Assembly (NCBI GenBank): GCA_038087875.1
Contig: CM075994.1
Span: 8,062,001-8,126,000 of the forward strand
Length of the DNA: 64,000 nt
Reading direction: 5' to 3'
DNA from: Malacoraja senta
Lineage: Eukaryota
Part shown: piece after piece, positions 1 through 11,919 of the stretch
Position numbering within the stretch: the first letter of the stretch is position 1
Layout: each line of letters begins with the position of its first letter
Translations under genes and position numbers: made by a program
Notes under the pieces: model-generated
Database searches by the model: none
Told to the model about the DNA's origin: nothing
The model's input: only the letters and a program-made list of their open reading frames with translations

Positions 1-44
1 CCCCGTACACTAGTTTAGTTTAGAGATACAGTGTGTAAACAAAT

Positions 45-700
45 CGGTAGTAAAGAAAGCAAACTCAACGCTAGCATTTATTTCAAGTGGGCTTGTATAC
101 ACAAACAGGGATGTAATGCTGAGGCTCTATAAGGCGTTGGTCAGGCCCCATCTGGGATATTGAGAGCAATTTTGGGCACCATATCTGAGAAAGGATGTGC
201 TGGCTCTGGAGAGGGTCCAGAGAAGGTTTATAAGGATGATCCCAAGCAATGAGTGGGTTAACCTATGATGAGCATTTGACGGTACTCGCTGGAGTTTAGA
301 AGGATGAGGGGAACACCTCATTGAATCTTACTGAATATTGAAAGGCCTGGATAGAGTGGATGTGGAGAGGATGTTTCCACCAGTGGGAGAGTCTAGGACC
401 AGAAGTCATAGCATCAGAATTAAAGGACGTTCCTTTAAGAAGGAGATGAGGAGGAATTTCTTTAGTCAGATGGTGGTGAATCTGTGGAATTCATTGCCGC
501 AGAAGGCCGTGGAGGCCAAGTCAGTGAATATTTTTAAGGCAGAGATAGATAGATTTTTTGTTTAGTACTGGTGTCAGGGGTTATGGGGAGAAGGCTGGAG
601 AATGGGGTTGGGAGGGAGAGATATACCGGCCATGATTGAATGGCGGAGTAGACTTGATGGGCCGAATGGCCTAATTCTACTCCTATCACTTCTGACTTTA
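45..700 (+). mobile_element. CR1-clade (HER1-like) LINE 3' fragment
   Basis: Degenerate LY..LVRPHL.Y..QFW.P and RTRSHS..RRNFFSQ.VVNLWNSLP. Confidence 0.85.
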
Positions 701-878
701 TGACGTTGTGAAACAGGGACTTTTGGCCCACCGAGTCCACGCCAACCAGCGATCCCCAGCAACTCTACCGCTGCACCACTGTGCCATCCCCACCCTGTTG
801 TTAACAATGGTTTGTTAACATTGGCCACCATCTTGCCTCCAGCAGGCAGGTTAGGAACTGACTCTGTGCCATATTTAC

Positions 879-962
879 CAGTGGGTTTGATGTAGACGTA
901 ATTTCTGGCATCGGGAACAACATTGGTTGGTGAACGTTCCAAAATTTCAATGGATCTTTTCT
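879..962 (-). CDS. C4: Complement C4-like, exon ~23 (CUB N-part), 84 bp; gene continues past the left edge, where the thioester exon is expected next
   Basis: ctccag|AG...G|gtaaat. Translates (E)KRSIEILERSPTNVVPDARNYVYIKPT, comparable to C4 'RTLEI...DPNMIPD...SYVRVT'. Confidence 0.9.
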
Positions 963-1023
963 CTGGAGAAGCAAAACAAAGGTTTAGTTTTAGTTGGAAG
1001 GAACTGCAGATGCTGGTTTACAC

Positions 1024-1575
1024 TGAAGATAGACACAAATATCCAAGGACCCCGACAGTCCTTTCAGGTGAGGCAGAGGTTCACTTGCACCACCTCCAAC
1101 CTCATCTACTGTATCCGCTGTTCCAGGTGTGGACTCCTGTACATCGGTGAGACCAAGCGCAGGCTCGGCGATCGTTTCACTGGACACCTCCGCTCAGTCC
1201 GCCTAAACCTACCTGATCTCCCGGTTGCCAAACACTTCAACTCCTCCTCCCATTCCCACACTGACCTTTCTGTCCTGGGCCTCCTCCACTGTCAGAGTGG
1301 GACCCAGCGCTAATTGGAGGAACAGCACCTCATATTTCACTTGGGCAGTTTACACCCCAGCGGTATGAACATTGACTTCTCCAACTTCAAGTAACCCTTG
1401 CTTTCCCTCTCTCTCCATCCCCTCCCCCTTCCCAGTTCTCCCACCAGTCTTATTGTCTCCGACTACATTCTATCTCTGTCCCGCCCACTCCCCTGACGTC
1501 AGTCTGAAGATGAGTCTCGACCCGAAACGTCACCCATTCCTTCTCTCCAGAGATGCTGCCTGTCCCGCTGAGTTA
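1024..1575 (+). mobile_element. Penelope-like element 3' fragment (GIY-YIG endonuclease)
   Basis: FTCTTSNLIYCIRCSRCGLLYIGETKRRLGDRF..HLRSV, followed by the recurrent GTCTGAAGAAGGGTCTCGACCCGAAACGTC terminal module. Confidence 0.85.
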
Positions 1576-2619
1576 TGGACCCGTCCCACTTAAAGGCCTG
1601 TCTCACGAGTTTGCGGTCATTGGCGGTGAAACAGGAAGTATCTACCGCTCGTGGACCGCCAGAGACCGCGGGTTCGGTCCAACGCACACCGCCGGGGTCG
1701 TGCGGGGTTGGTCCCAACCCCGCACGGTGCTCACAAAAAAACAACAATGTCGAAAAATCTTTTCCTACCGCACAGCCGCCGCCAGTGAGGCACGAGTGCG
1801 GCACGGGCACCGCCACAGCCGCCACCAGTGCGGCACGAGCGCCGTGAGTCCAACTTTCACCGCCACGGCCGGCGCCAGTGAGGCACGTGTGCTGCACGGG
1901 CACCGCCACAGCCCCGCGATCCGAAATGACGTCATCGCGTAGCGCGTCGTGTCGCGTGATGTCGTCATCACCCGACGCCGCAAGCTCGTGGAACCGGCCG
2001 TACGGAGATCACTCGGCCCCCGCGCAGCATCCGTGCGGCGCTCTCGCGGTTGCCGTGCGGTCCCCTCTTCCGGCGACGTCAATGACTTTCACCGCCAATG
2101 ACCGCAAACCCGTGGGACGGAGCTAGGCGATTTTTTTCGGCCACTGTCACAGTTGTAGCAGGTCGCCGAAAAACCTGCGACTGGACTCCCCCCCCCTACG
2201 ACAATGTCTACAACAACCTACCTAGTCGAGGTCAAGCTACGGCAAGCTACCGACAACCGGCGACCCAGTAGGACGTCCGCCTACGACCACACCTACGACA
2301 ACCAACGTCCACCCGCGACAAGCTACTACAAGGTAAGACAATTCAGTCGCCGGTACCTGTCGCCGGGTGACGTGGGTGGTCGCCAATGGAATTCACCGAA
2401 GTCAGCACCGGTGACAACCTACGTCATCCTGGCGACGTCAGGCTACGATCGTTGGCCTCCAGCCCACGGGTGGCGACTGTCGCCGAAAAGTTTTGAACAT
2501 TTCGAAATCCAGCGGCGACCAGAAAAAAGGTAGGACTCTTTGGGCTACGGAGGAGACCGTACAGGTGACCATGTGGTGACAGCCTAGTCGCCTGTAGTCG
2601 CCTAAGTGGGACAGGGGCA
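1576..2619. mobile_element. Nested PIF/Harbinger-like MITEs (inner element ~1594-2124)
   Basis: Outer TIRs ..GTCCCACTTA(GGCGA)/TCGCCTAAGTGGGAC.. with TTA TSD. Inner TIRs ..GTTTGCGGTCATTGGCGGTGAAA/TTTCACCGCCAATGACCGCAAAC interrupt the outer left TIR. Confidence 0.75.
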
Positions 2620-3679
2620 TTACTCCAGCATCTCTGGAGAAAAGGAATGGGTGGCGCTTCAGGTCGAGACCCTTCAACGGACTGATTCTCTTCAGGCAGA
2701 GTTTAGTCGTTTAGGTATAGTTTCGTTTCGAGATACAGCGCGGAAACAGACCCTTCGAGCCCGCACCGACCAGTAATCACCCCGCACACCAGCACTATCC
2801 TACACACACCAGGGACAACCTACAATCTTTACCGCAGCCAATTAACTTACAAACCCGCACGTCTTTGGAGTGTGGGAGGAAACCGGAGCACCCGGAGAAA
2901 ACTCACGCGGGTCAAAGGGAGAACGTGCAAACTCCACACACACAGACAGCACCCGAGGTCACGATCGAACCCGGGTCTCTGGCGCTGTGAGGCAGCAACT
3001 CTACCGCTGCGTCACCGTGCCGCCATAATTTGCTGCGTTAGAATCGGTGATCTTACCCACGGTATAAAAATCCCAAAGACCTGCTGGTTTGTAGGTTAAT
3101 TGGCCTCTGAAAATTGGCCTCTGGCCTACAGGATAGAACTTGTGTGAATGGGTGATTGATGTCCAGTGTGGACTTGGTGGGCTGAAGGGCCTGTTTCCAT
3201 GCTGCATCTCTAATCTAAACATAATAAGTAGGAACTGCAGATGCTAGTTAGACACAAAGTGCTGGAGTAACTCAGAGGGTCAGGCAGCATCTCGGGGGAG
3301 AATGGATAGGTGATGTTTCAGGCGGGGGGGGGGGGGGGGGCCCATCTTCAGACTGGAGCAGGCCAGAACAAAACAGGGCCGGCAGCAGGTGACCAAGGGT
3401 GGAGCCCACAATGGCCCATTGTTGGCTGGGGAGAGGGATACCGAGATGCCAACAGTGGAACTAGTACGACAGCTGGGTGAGCGAGGGAGGGAGAGAGGGG
3501 AGGGGAGGGAATGCAGGATGTACGTTTTAGACAACAGACAATAGGTGCAGGAGTGGGCCATTCGGCCCTTCGAGCCAGTGTGATTCACTGTGATCGTGGC
3601 TGATCATCCCCAATCAGTAGCCCGTTCCTGCCTTCTCCCCGTATCCCCTGACTCCGCTATCTTTACGAGCCCTATCATA

Positions 3680-3936
3680 AGGGCCTCTCCCACTTTGACG
3701 AATTTTTCGCCGACTGCTGATGTCATATCAGTGTCGCCAAAAGAATTTGAACATTTCGAAATCCAGCGGAGACAAAAAAATGTTGCCACACTTGAAAAAT
3801 CAGCGCGCTTCATACGTCATCACGCAGCGTCACCGCTGCGTAACACCGTCGTCACGCCGCAAATGTTTCGGTGACCAGATACGTCAGTCAATGATGCCGG
3901 CAGTCGCCGAAAAAATCGCCAAGTGGGACAGGCCCT
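3680..3936. mobile_element. Harbinger-like MITE
   Basis: AGGGCCTCTCCCACTT...AAGTGGGACAGGCCCT terminal inverted repeats. Confidence 0.7.
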
Positions 3937-4369
3937 TTACTCTATCTAACACAGAGAATTCCACTGATTCACAACTCTCTGGGTGAAGAAGATTTTCCTC
4001 ATCTCCGTTCTAAATGGCCGACCCCTTATTCTTCAGACCAAGAGTCTGAAGAAATCGGGTGGCACGGTGGTGCAGCAGTGGGGTTGCTGCTTGCAGTGTC
4101 GGGTTCAATCCCGACTACGGGTGCTGTTTGTGCGGAGTTTGCACGATCCCCCCCGTGGGTTTTCTCCGAGAACTTCGGTTTCCTCCCACACTCCAAAGAC
4201 GTGCAGGTTTGTAGGTTAATTGGCTCGGTGTAAGCGCAAATTGTCCCTAGTGTGTGTAGGGTAGTGTTAATGTGCGGGGATTGCTGGTCGGCACGGACAC
4301 GGTGGGCCGAACGGCCTTTTGCCCGATGGGAGAGTGGAGGGAGTGAGACCCCTGGACAGTATTCAACCC

Positions 4370-4980
4370 ATTCAAATACAAATTCTTCTGCAGTTGTATA
4401 GGGCTCTGGTGAGACCACATCTGGAGTATTGTGTACAGTTTTGGTCTCCCAATTTGAGAAAGGACATCCTTGTGATTGAGGCAGTGCAACGTAAGTTCAC
4501 GAGATTGATCCCTGGGATGGCGGGACTGTCATATGAGGAAAGATTGAAAAGACTAGGCTTGTATTCACTGGAGTTTAGAAGGATGAGGGGGAATCTTATA
4601 GAAACATATAAAATTATAAAAGGACTGGACAAGCTAGATGCAGGAAAAATGTTCCCAATGTTGGGCGAGTCCAAAACCAGGGGCCACAGTCTTAGAATAA
4701 AGTGGAGCCCATTTAAGACTGAGGTGAGAAAAAACTTTTTCACCCAGAGAGTTGTGAATTTATGGAATTCCCTGCCACAGAGGGCAGTGGAGGCCAAGTC
4801 ACTGGATGGATTTAAGAGAGTGTTAGATAAAGCTCTAGGGGCTAGTGGAGTCAAGGGATATGGGGAGAAGGCAGGCACGGGTTACTGATTGGGGACGACC
4901 AGCCATGATCACAATGAATGGTGGTGCTGGCTCGAAGGGCCGAATGGCCTCCTCCTGCACCTATTTTCTATGTTTCTATG
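4370..4980 (+). mobile_element. CR1-clade LINE 3' fragment
   Basis: LLQLYRALVRPHLEYCVQFWSP...VVNLWNSLP...GYGEKAGTGY*, with a TTTCTATG tail. Confidence 0.9.
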
Positions 4981-5021
4981 TAAATATGTTTCCTCCACGT
5001 CAGTTAATATCTTCGACTCAC

Positions 5022-5073
5022 CTTTGGAATTTAGAACAATGCTCCATTCCTTTTGTTCGACATTGCCTTCATA
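5022..5073 (-). CDS. C4: Complement C4-like, exon ~22, 52 bp
   Basis: gtcag|TAT...G|gtgagt. Translates YEGNVEQKEWSIVLNSK. Phase 0-1 links its neighbours, and the 'xEG' follows 'LRV' as in the family. Confidence 0.88.
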
Positions 5074-5206
5074 CTGACAAGGAAAATGAGAACAGGTTAT
5101 CGAGGGAAAGGGAAAGATTGGATTGAAATGAGACGTTATGTTGCAGTTGTGGGTGGCATGTTGGTGCAGCAGGTAGAGCAGCTACCTCACAGCACCAGAG
5201 ACGTGG

Positions 5207-5287
<81 letters not shown>

Positions 5288-5339
5288 TGTCTGTCTGTGT
5301 GTCTGTGTGTGTCTGTGTGTGTGTGTGTCTGTGTGTGTG

Positions 5340-5375
<36 letters not shown>

Positions 5376-5392
5376 TGTGTGTGTGTGTGTGT

Positions 5393-5426
<34 letters not shown>

Positions 5427-5504
5427 CTGTGTGTGTGTGTGTGTGTTTTTGTGCGTGTGTGCGTGTGTGTGTGTGTGTGTGTGTCTGTGTGTGTGTGTCT
5501 GTGT

Positions 5505-5540
<36 letters not shown>

Positions 5541-5546
5541 ATGTGT

Positions 5547-5595
<49 letters not shown>

Positions 5596-5618
5596 TGTGT
5601 GTGTGTGTGTCTGTGTGT

Positions 5619-5666
<48 letters not shown>

Positions 5667-5699
5667 GTGCGTGCGTGCGTGCGTGTGTGTGTGTGTGTG
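5207..5699. repeat. (TG)n microsatellite within a SINE
   Basis: About 490 bp of imperfect TG repeat. Confidence 0.97.
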
Positions 5700-5834
5700 G
5701 AGTTTGCACATTCTCCCTGTGGCTGCGTGGGTGTCCTCCTGTATTCAGAGTATCCTCAAACTATCTGCATTTTGACATTGTGTCCAGCACGGACATTGTG
5801 GGCCGAATCACATTGTTGGTGTGATGTTGAATAT

Positions 5835-6925
5835 CAAATGTCCAATGTCCCAATGTCCCAATGTCCTGTGCCCTGTTCCCAGTTGTCAGTGCATAGTGGT
5901 CAATGCCAATGGCCAATGCTCAATGCTCACTACCCAATGCCCAATGGTTCAATGCCCAATGTCCACTACCCAATGTCATAGTCCCAATCCTATGCTCTAT
6001 ACCCAATGGTCAGGGCCCAGTGGTCAGTGCCCAGTCAGTGCCCATGGTGATAGTCCAATCGAATGGTATGTTAGCTTTCATAGCAAAAGGATTTGAGTAT
6101 AGGAGCAGGGAGGTTCTACTGCAGTTGTACAGGGTCTTGGTGAGACCACACCTGGAGTATTGCGTACAGTTTTGGTCTCCAAATCTGAGGAAGGACATTA
6201 TAGCCATAGAGGGAGTGCAGAGAAGGTTCACCAGACTGATTCCTGGGATGTCAGGACTTTCATATGAAGAAAGACTGGATAGACTTGGCTTATACTCGCT
6301 AGAATTTAGGAGGTTGAGAGGGGATCTTATAGAAACGTACAAAATTCTTATGGGGTTGGACAGGCTAGATGCAGGAAGATTGTTCCCGATGTTGGGGAAG
6401 TCCAGGACAAGGGGTCACAGCTTAAGGATAAGGGGGAAATCCTTTAAAACCGAGATGAGAAAATACTTTTTCACACAGAGAGTGGTGAATCTCTGGAACT
6501 CTCTGCCACAGAGGGTAGTTGAGGCCAGTTCATTGGCTATATTTAAGAGAGAGTTAGATGTGGCCCTTGTGGCTAAAGGGATCAGGGGGTATGGAGAGAA
6601 GGCAGGTACGGGATACTGAGTTGGATGATCAGCCATGCTCATATTGAATGGCGTTGCAGGCTCGAAGGGCCGAATGGCCTACTCCTGCACCTATTTTCTA
6701 TGTATCTATGTATCTATAAGTGCCCAAGGTCAATGTCCAATGGCCAATGGTCCAATGGTCAATGATCAATGCGCAATGGTCAACGGCTGATGGTCAATAG
6801 AATCAGTTAATTTGTCAATGGTTCAATGATCAAAGCTTCAATGGTCAACGGTCAAATAGTCAATGGTTAATGGTTGAATGGTTAATGGCCGATGGTTAGT
6901 AGCCAATGGTTGAATGGTCAATGAA
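5835..6925. repeat. Degenerate 7-mer (CCAATGT/TCAATGG) array split by a CR1
   Basis: CAATG cores at 5835-6060 and 6720-6925. Confidence 0.7.
6060..6716 (+). mobile_element. CR1-clade LINE 3' fragment
   Basis: Same ORF2 C-terminus and octamer tail. Confidence 0.9.
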
Positions 6926-7024
6926 CAATCTGTGCCATGTGTCATGTGTGTTCTACTATGTTCCACGTGCCACGTTGCATGGACGTTGAGGACCCTAGCA
7001 GGGTGCAACAGCCACGGCCCTCAC

Positions 7025-7234
7025 CAGGACACGCAGGTGCTTGAGTATTGCGTCGGTGTGGGCGCCGCTGTGACTGAAGGCAAACACGTGGACGGGGATG
7101 CTGCCCACCACCAGCGGGACCAGGGTGAGGTCGATGGACCGCGCAGCGTTGGCCGGGACCACCAGCGTTCCAGCGTTCTCCCGTGATGCCAGCGAGCTGC
7201 ACAAACCCTCCTCCTCCTTCATGTAGACCATGAC
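7025..7234 (-). CDS. C4: Complement C4-like, exon ~21 (MG7), 210 bp
   Basis: ccag|GTC...CTG|gtgagg. Translates VMVYMKEEEGLCSSLASRENAGTLVVPANAARSIDLTLVPLVVGSIPVHVFAFSHSGAHTDAILKHLRVL. Confidence 0.93.
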
Positions 7235-7944
7235 CTGGAAAACACGAGCACTGTGTCTGACAAACATTGGAGATACAGCGCGGAAACAGGCTCTTCCGCC
7301 TACCGAGTCCGCGCCAACCACCCGTATACCAGTTTAGATTAGAGATACCGCGCGGAAACAGGTCCCCACCGCCCACCGAGTCCGCGCCAACCACCGATCA
7401 CCCATATACTAGAAACAGGCCCTTCGGCCCGTGCCGACCAGCGATCACCCCGTACACTAGCACTATCATACACACACAAGGGACAATTTATAATTTTAAT
7501 TAACCTACAAACTCGTTATCACCTAGCCCACAACCAACAATGGACCCTTGTGGGCTCCATTTTTCCTTAACATTGTAACTTTTTTTTGGCATATATTTCG
7601 TCACCCATTCCTTCTCTCCAGAGATGCTGCCTGACCCGCTGAGTTACTCCAGCAGTTTGTGTCTTATTTCACCATCTACAAACCTGCACGTCCTTCCTTC
7701 ACCATCTACAAACCTGCACGTCTTTGGGGTGTGGGAGGAAACCGAAGATCTCGGAGAAAACCCTCGCGGGTCACAGGGTGAGCGTGCAAGCTCCGCATGG
7801 AAAGAGCCCGTGGTCGTGATGGAACCCGGGTCTCTGGCGCTGTGAGGCAGCAACTCTACCGCAGCGCCACCGTGCCGCGCATAGGTAACGTTGAGACAAG
7901 GAGCAGAGGGAATTAGGTTATTAATACTGTGTTCAATGTCTTAC

Positions 7945-8084
7945 CGAAACAGTCTGTGGAGAATAGTTGTACAAGGTCACTTTCACAATCACTTGCTCAT
8001 TCTTCTTCACAGAATAAGGTAAATTCATGGCAAGAAAAAATGGTCGAAACACTTTCATCTTCTTTGGCTCCTCGACGCAGAATC
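7945..8084 (-). CDS. C4: Complement C4-like, exon ~20 (MG7), 140 bp
   Basis: gaag|GA...TCG|gtaag. Translates (G)FCVEEPKKMKVFRPFFLAMNLPYSVKKNEQVIVKVTLYNYSPQTVS, with the 'LPYSV..EQ....LYNY' motif. Confidence 0.95.
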
Positions 8085-8850
8085 CTTCAATTACAAATTG
8101 TCCACAATCAGTTCAGTATTTCCGATTCTTAACATTGCTGTTGAGATGTGTAGGAAGGAACTGCAGGAGCTGGTTCACACTGAAGAGAGACGCAAAACCC
8201 TGGGGTAACTCAGCGGGACAGGCAGCATCTCTGGAGAGAAGGGATGGGTGACTTTTCTGATGGACACTCTTCTTCAGACTGAGAGTTGAGGGAAAGTCAG
8301 AGGGTGGTGAATCTGTGGAACTCATTGCCACAGAGGGCGGTGGAGGCCAAGACAGTGGATATTTTCTAGGCAGAGATAGACAAATTCTTGATTCGAACGG
8401 GTGTCAAGGGTTATGGGGAGACGGCAGGAGAATGGGATTAGGAGGCAGAGATCAGACATGGTTGGATGGCGGAGTGGACCCGATGGGCCGAATGGCCTAA
8501 TTCTACTCCGATAACTTGTGAACATGAAAGGTAGACAAGAGATATAGAAGGTACCATAACTATAAACTGAGCTATTTTTAATTGTCAATAAATATACATC
8601 AAATGCTTCATCTCTGCCACAGAAGGCAGTGGAGGTCAATACACTGGATGTATTCAACAGAGAGTTAGATTTAGCTCTTAGGGCTAACGGAATCAAGGGA
8701 TATGGGGAGAAAGCAGGAATGGGGTACTGATTCTGGATGATCAGCCATGATCATATTGAGTGGCGGTGCTGGCTCGAAGGGCCGAATGGCCTACTCCTGC
8801 ACCTATTTCCTATGTTTCTATGTTTCTAAGACTCACTGAGGAAATGTTAC

Positions 8851-8921
8851 CTTTTTTTTCAAACATGCCCACTGCTTGAATTTCCCAAGTGGTTATGGAA
8901 TCGGGAATATCGCTCGTTATC
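8851..8921 (-). CDS. C4: Complement C4-like, exon ~19, 71 bp
   Basis: ttcag|G...G|gtaac. Translates (R)ITSDIPDSITTWEIQAVGMFEKK, with the 'PDSITTWEI' motif. Phase 2-1. Confidence 0.95.
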
Positions 8922-9139
8922 CTGAAATAAATTGGAAAGCAAAAGGAAACCGATGAAACAAAGTGGAAAAAGCAACACTACAGATAGACACAAAAAGCTG
9001 GAGTAGGGACCCGAAACGTCACCCGTTCCTTCTCTCCAGAGATGCTGCCTGACCCGCTGAGTAACTCCAGCATTTTGTGTCTGTCTAAGACATGCGAGAC
9101 TTGCTCTGTGCATGAATGATTCTTTGCAGCTGAACAAGG

Positions 9140-9435
9140 GGTGGCACGGTGGGGCAGCGGTAGAGTTGCTGCCTCACAGCGCCAGAGACCCGGGTTCGAT
9201 CCTGACTACGGGTGCTGTCTGTACGGAGTTTGCACGCTCTCCCCGTGACCTGCGTGGGTTTTCTCCGAGATCTCTGGTTTCCTCCCACACTCCAAAGACG
9301 TACAGGTTTGTAGGTTAATTGGCTTGGTGTAAATGTAAAATTGTCCCTAGTGGGTGTAGGACAGTATTAGTGTGCGGGGATCACTGGGCCGGTGGGCCGA
9401 AGGGCCTGTTTCTGCATCGTATCTCCAAACTAAAC
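9140..9435 (+). mobile_element. HE1-like tRNA-derived SINE (representative; more than 15 copies, e.g. 18303+, 20275-, 26770-, 38452+, 42045-, 44665-, 48692+, 59255-)
   Basis: GGCACGGTGGCGCAGCGGTAG (A box), GGTTCGATCC (B box), GGTTTCCTCCCACACTCCAAAGAC core, CR1-like GGGCCGAAGGGCCTGTTTC tail and (CTAAA)n. Confidence 0.85.
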
Positions 9436-10338
9436 TTATATAGACACAAAAAGCTGGAGTAACTCAGCGGGACAGGCAGCCTTTCTGGAGAGAAGGAATG
9501 GGTGACGTTTCGGGTCGAGACCGTTCTTCAGACTGAGAGTCAGAGGAATATGGGAGGGAAAGGTGTGAAAGTCTGTGGAATTCTCTGCCTCAGAGGGCGG
9601 TGGAGGCCGGTTCTCTGGATACTTTCAAGAGAGAGCTAGATAGGGCTCTTAAAGATAGCGGAGTCAGTGGATACTGGGAGGAGGCAGGAACGGGGTACTG
9701 ATTGGGGATGATCAGCCATGATCACATTGAATGGCGGTGCTGGCTCGAAGGGCCGAATGGCCTACTCCTGCACCTATTGTTTATTGTCTATTGAAAACGA
9801 GAGATCAAAGTTCAAGGAAAATGTAGGATGTAGGAAGGAACTGCAGAAGCTGGTTTAAACCAAAGACAGATACAAAATGCTGGAGCAACTCAGCGGGACA
9901 GGCAGCATCTCTGGAGAGAAGGAACGGCTGACGTGTCGGGTCGAGATCCTTCTTCAGACTGGGATGCTGCCTGACCCGCTGAGTTACTCCAGCGCTTTTT
10001 GTAGTTTTTTTTTCAAAAGCAGCATCTGCATTTCCTTGTTCCTGCACAGCTGTTAAAAAAGGAAAAGGTGATGTTTTGGATCGAGACCTTTCTTCAGACA
10101 GATTCATTGTTAGCTGAAGGGAAGGAGACATTGAATCGACCCAACAGTGCATTTATTCTGGCTTTGCGAAAGTTGGCAGAAGTTAAATTTGTTAACATTT
10201 TTTTTTGAACCAAAAATAAATGTGATCAATTATTCACAATAATAATATGAATGGAACAAAACATTACCAATAAACCCACCACCATCATGCAATGTAAGAC
10301 AAATAAAGGGTGGTGAACCTGTGGAATTCATAGCCTTA

Positions 10339-10696
10339 AGGGCCTGTCCCACTGTACGAGGTAATTCAAGAGTTTCTCCCGAGTTTTCCCCTGATTCGAA
10401 CTCGGAGAATGTCCGTAGCGGTTCCTTTGGAGCTCGTGGATGTCACATAGCGGCTCGTACGAGTAACGGTAGGTACTTGGGAAATCTGGTAAACAAGTGC
10501 CGTTTTTTCAACACTGTGAAAAATGTCCACGAGTAAAAAAATACTCGTGATGACATTTTTTTTTACTTTTTACTCGTACGAGCCGCTACGTGACATCCAC
10601 GAACTCCTACGGACCCGCTACGGGCATTCTCCGAGTTCGAAGCGGGGGAAAACTCAGGAGAACTCTTGAATCACCTCGTACAGTGGGACAGGCCCT
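10339..10696. mobile_element. Harbinger-like MITE, near-palindromic
   Basis: TIR AGGGCCTGTCCCACTGTACGAGGT../..ACCTCGTACAGTGGGACAGGCCCT; TTA TSD (10336-38, 10697-99); interrupts a CR1 fragment. Confidence 0.85.
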
Positions 10697-10889
10697 TTAG
10701 GATTAAAGGACGTTCTTTTAGGAAGGAGATGAGGAGGAATTTCTTTCGTCAGAGGGTGGTGAATCTGTGGAATTCTTGCGCCCAGCGGTCCCGGAAATCC
10801 CCCAGAGCGCCCGTGGACAGCGCGTGGCCCCTCTCGTGCCACCCAGGCGCGGGCGTGACTCCGGGAGAGTGGCGGGGCGAGCACCTCAC

Positions 10890-11019
10890 CTGTGGTTGCC
10901 CGCTTGTCCGGCTGAGACGGTTTCCCACAGCCAGCTCTGGGGAAAGGCACTCCGTACATGGACTGAACTCTCGTCGAAGAGCTCCTCATTTATGTCCACC
11001 ACATCGAGGTCCACTTGAG
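10890..11019 (-). CDS. C4: Complement C4-like, exon ~18 (alpha'NT/MG6), 130 bp
   Basis: ctccag|CT...AG|gtgagg. Translates (S)QVDLDVVDINEELFDESSVHVRSAFPQSWLWETVSAGQAGNH, with the 'VRS.FP.SWLW' motif. Phase 1-2. Confidence 0.95.
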
Positions 11020-11204
11020 CTGGAGAAGGGCGAGAGAGAGGGCATTTCAGTGGCGCAGCGGTAGAGTTGCTGCCTCACCGCACCAGAGACCCCGGTTCGA
11101 TCCTGACCACAGGTGCTGTCTGTACAGAGTTTGTACGTCCACCTCCCACACTCCAAAGACGTGCAGGTTTTAGGTTGATTGGTTTGGTATAAGTGTAAAT
11201 TACA

Positions 11205-11642
11205 CGTACGCGCATGCACACACACACACGCACGAGCACACACACACACTCACATATACATTCACATATAGGCACACACATACGCAAGCACACACATGCG
11301 CGCACACATATACACCCACACAGGCACACACACACACAAGCACCCACACAAAGGCACACACACGCACACACGCACTTACACACTCACACGCGCACACTCA
11401 CACGCTTACATATACATTCACACACAGGCACACACACACATGCGCACACACACACACACACACACACAGGCACACACACACATACACACTCACACACATA
11501 CACACTCACACACATACACACTCACACACAGGCACACACACACAGGCACACACATACACGCGCACACACATACACACTCACACACAGGCACACACACACG
11601 CAAGCACGCATGCACATACACACACACACGCACGCTCACAGA
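11205..11642. repeat. (CA)n microsatellite
   Basis: Imperfect CA repeat. Confidence 0.95.
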
Positions 11643-11919
11643 TTCACCCGAGGTCAGAGGACCAATTATCCTACAAACCTGCACGTCATTGGGAGTGCGG
11701 GAGAAAACCGGAGCGCCCGGTGAAAACCCACGCAGGTCACGGGGAGAACGTTCAAACTCCGTACAGACAGCGCCCGTGGTCGGGATCGAACCCGGGTCTC
11801 TGGCGCTGTGAGGCAGCAACTCTACCGCTGTGCAGCTGAATTGCCCGTCTAAAGCACAGGTTGGGGAAGATTGACAGCAAGGCCACAGACATCTAATGAG
11901 TGTTTGTCCGCACTGGGCC

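Noticed and set aside
1499..2677. Overlapping GC-rich ORFs as a CpG-island gene (also 37632-38197, 63610-63921)
   Set aside because: They lie within TIR-bounded or multi-copy elements; stop-poor GC-rich sequence explains the ORFs.
5053..5981. Long VC/HT-rich ORFs (also 11075-12017, 15732-17356, 58123-58951)
   Set aside because: Read-through of TG/CA microsatellites, not proteins.
9140..9215. tRNA-like A/B-box sequences
   Set aside because: They are SINE heads continuing into SINE bodies; no complete cloverleaf is evident.
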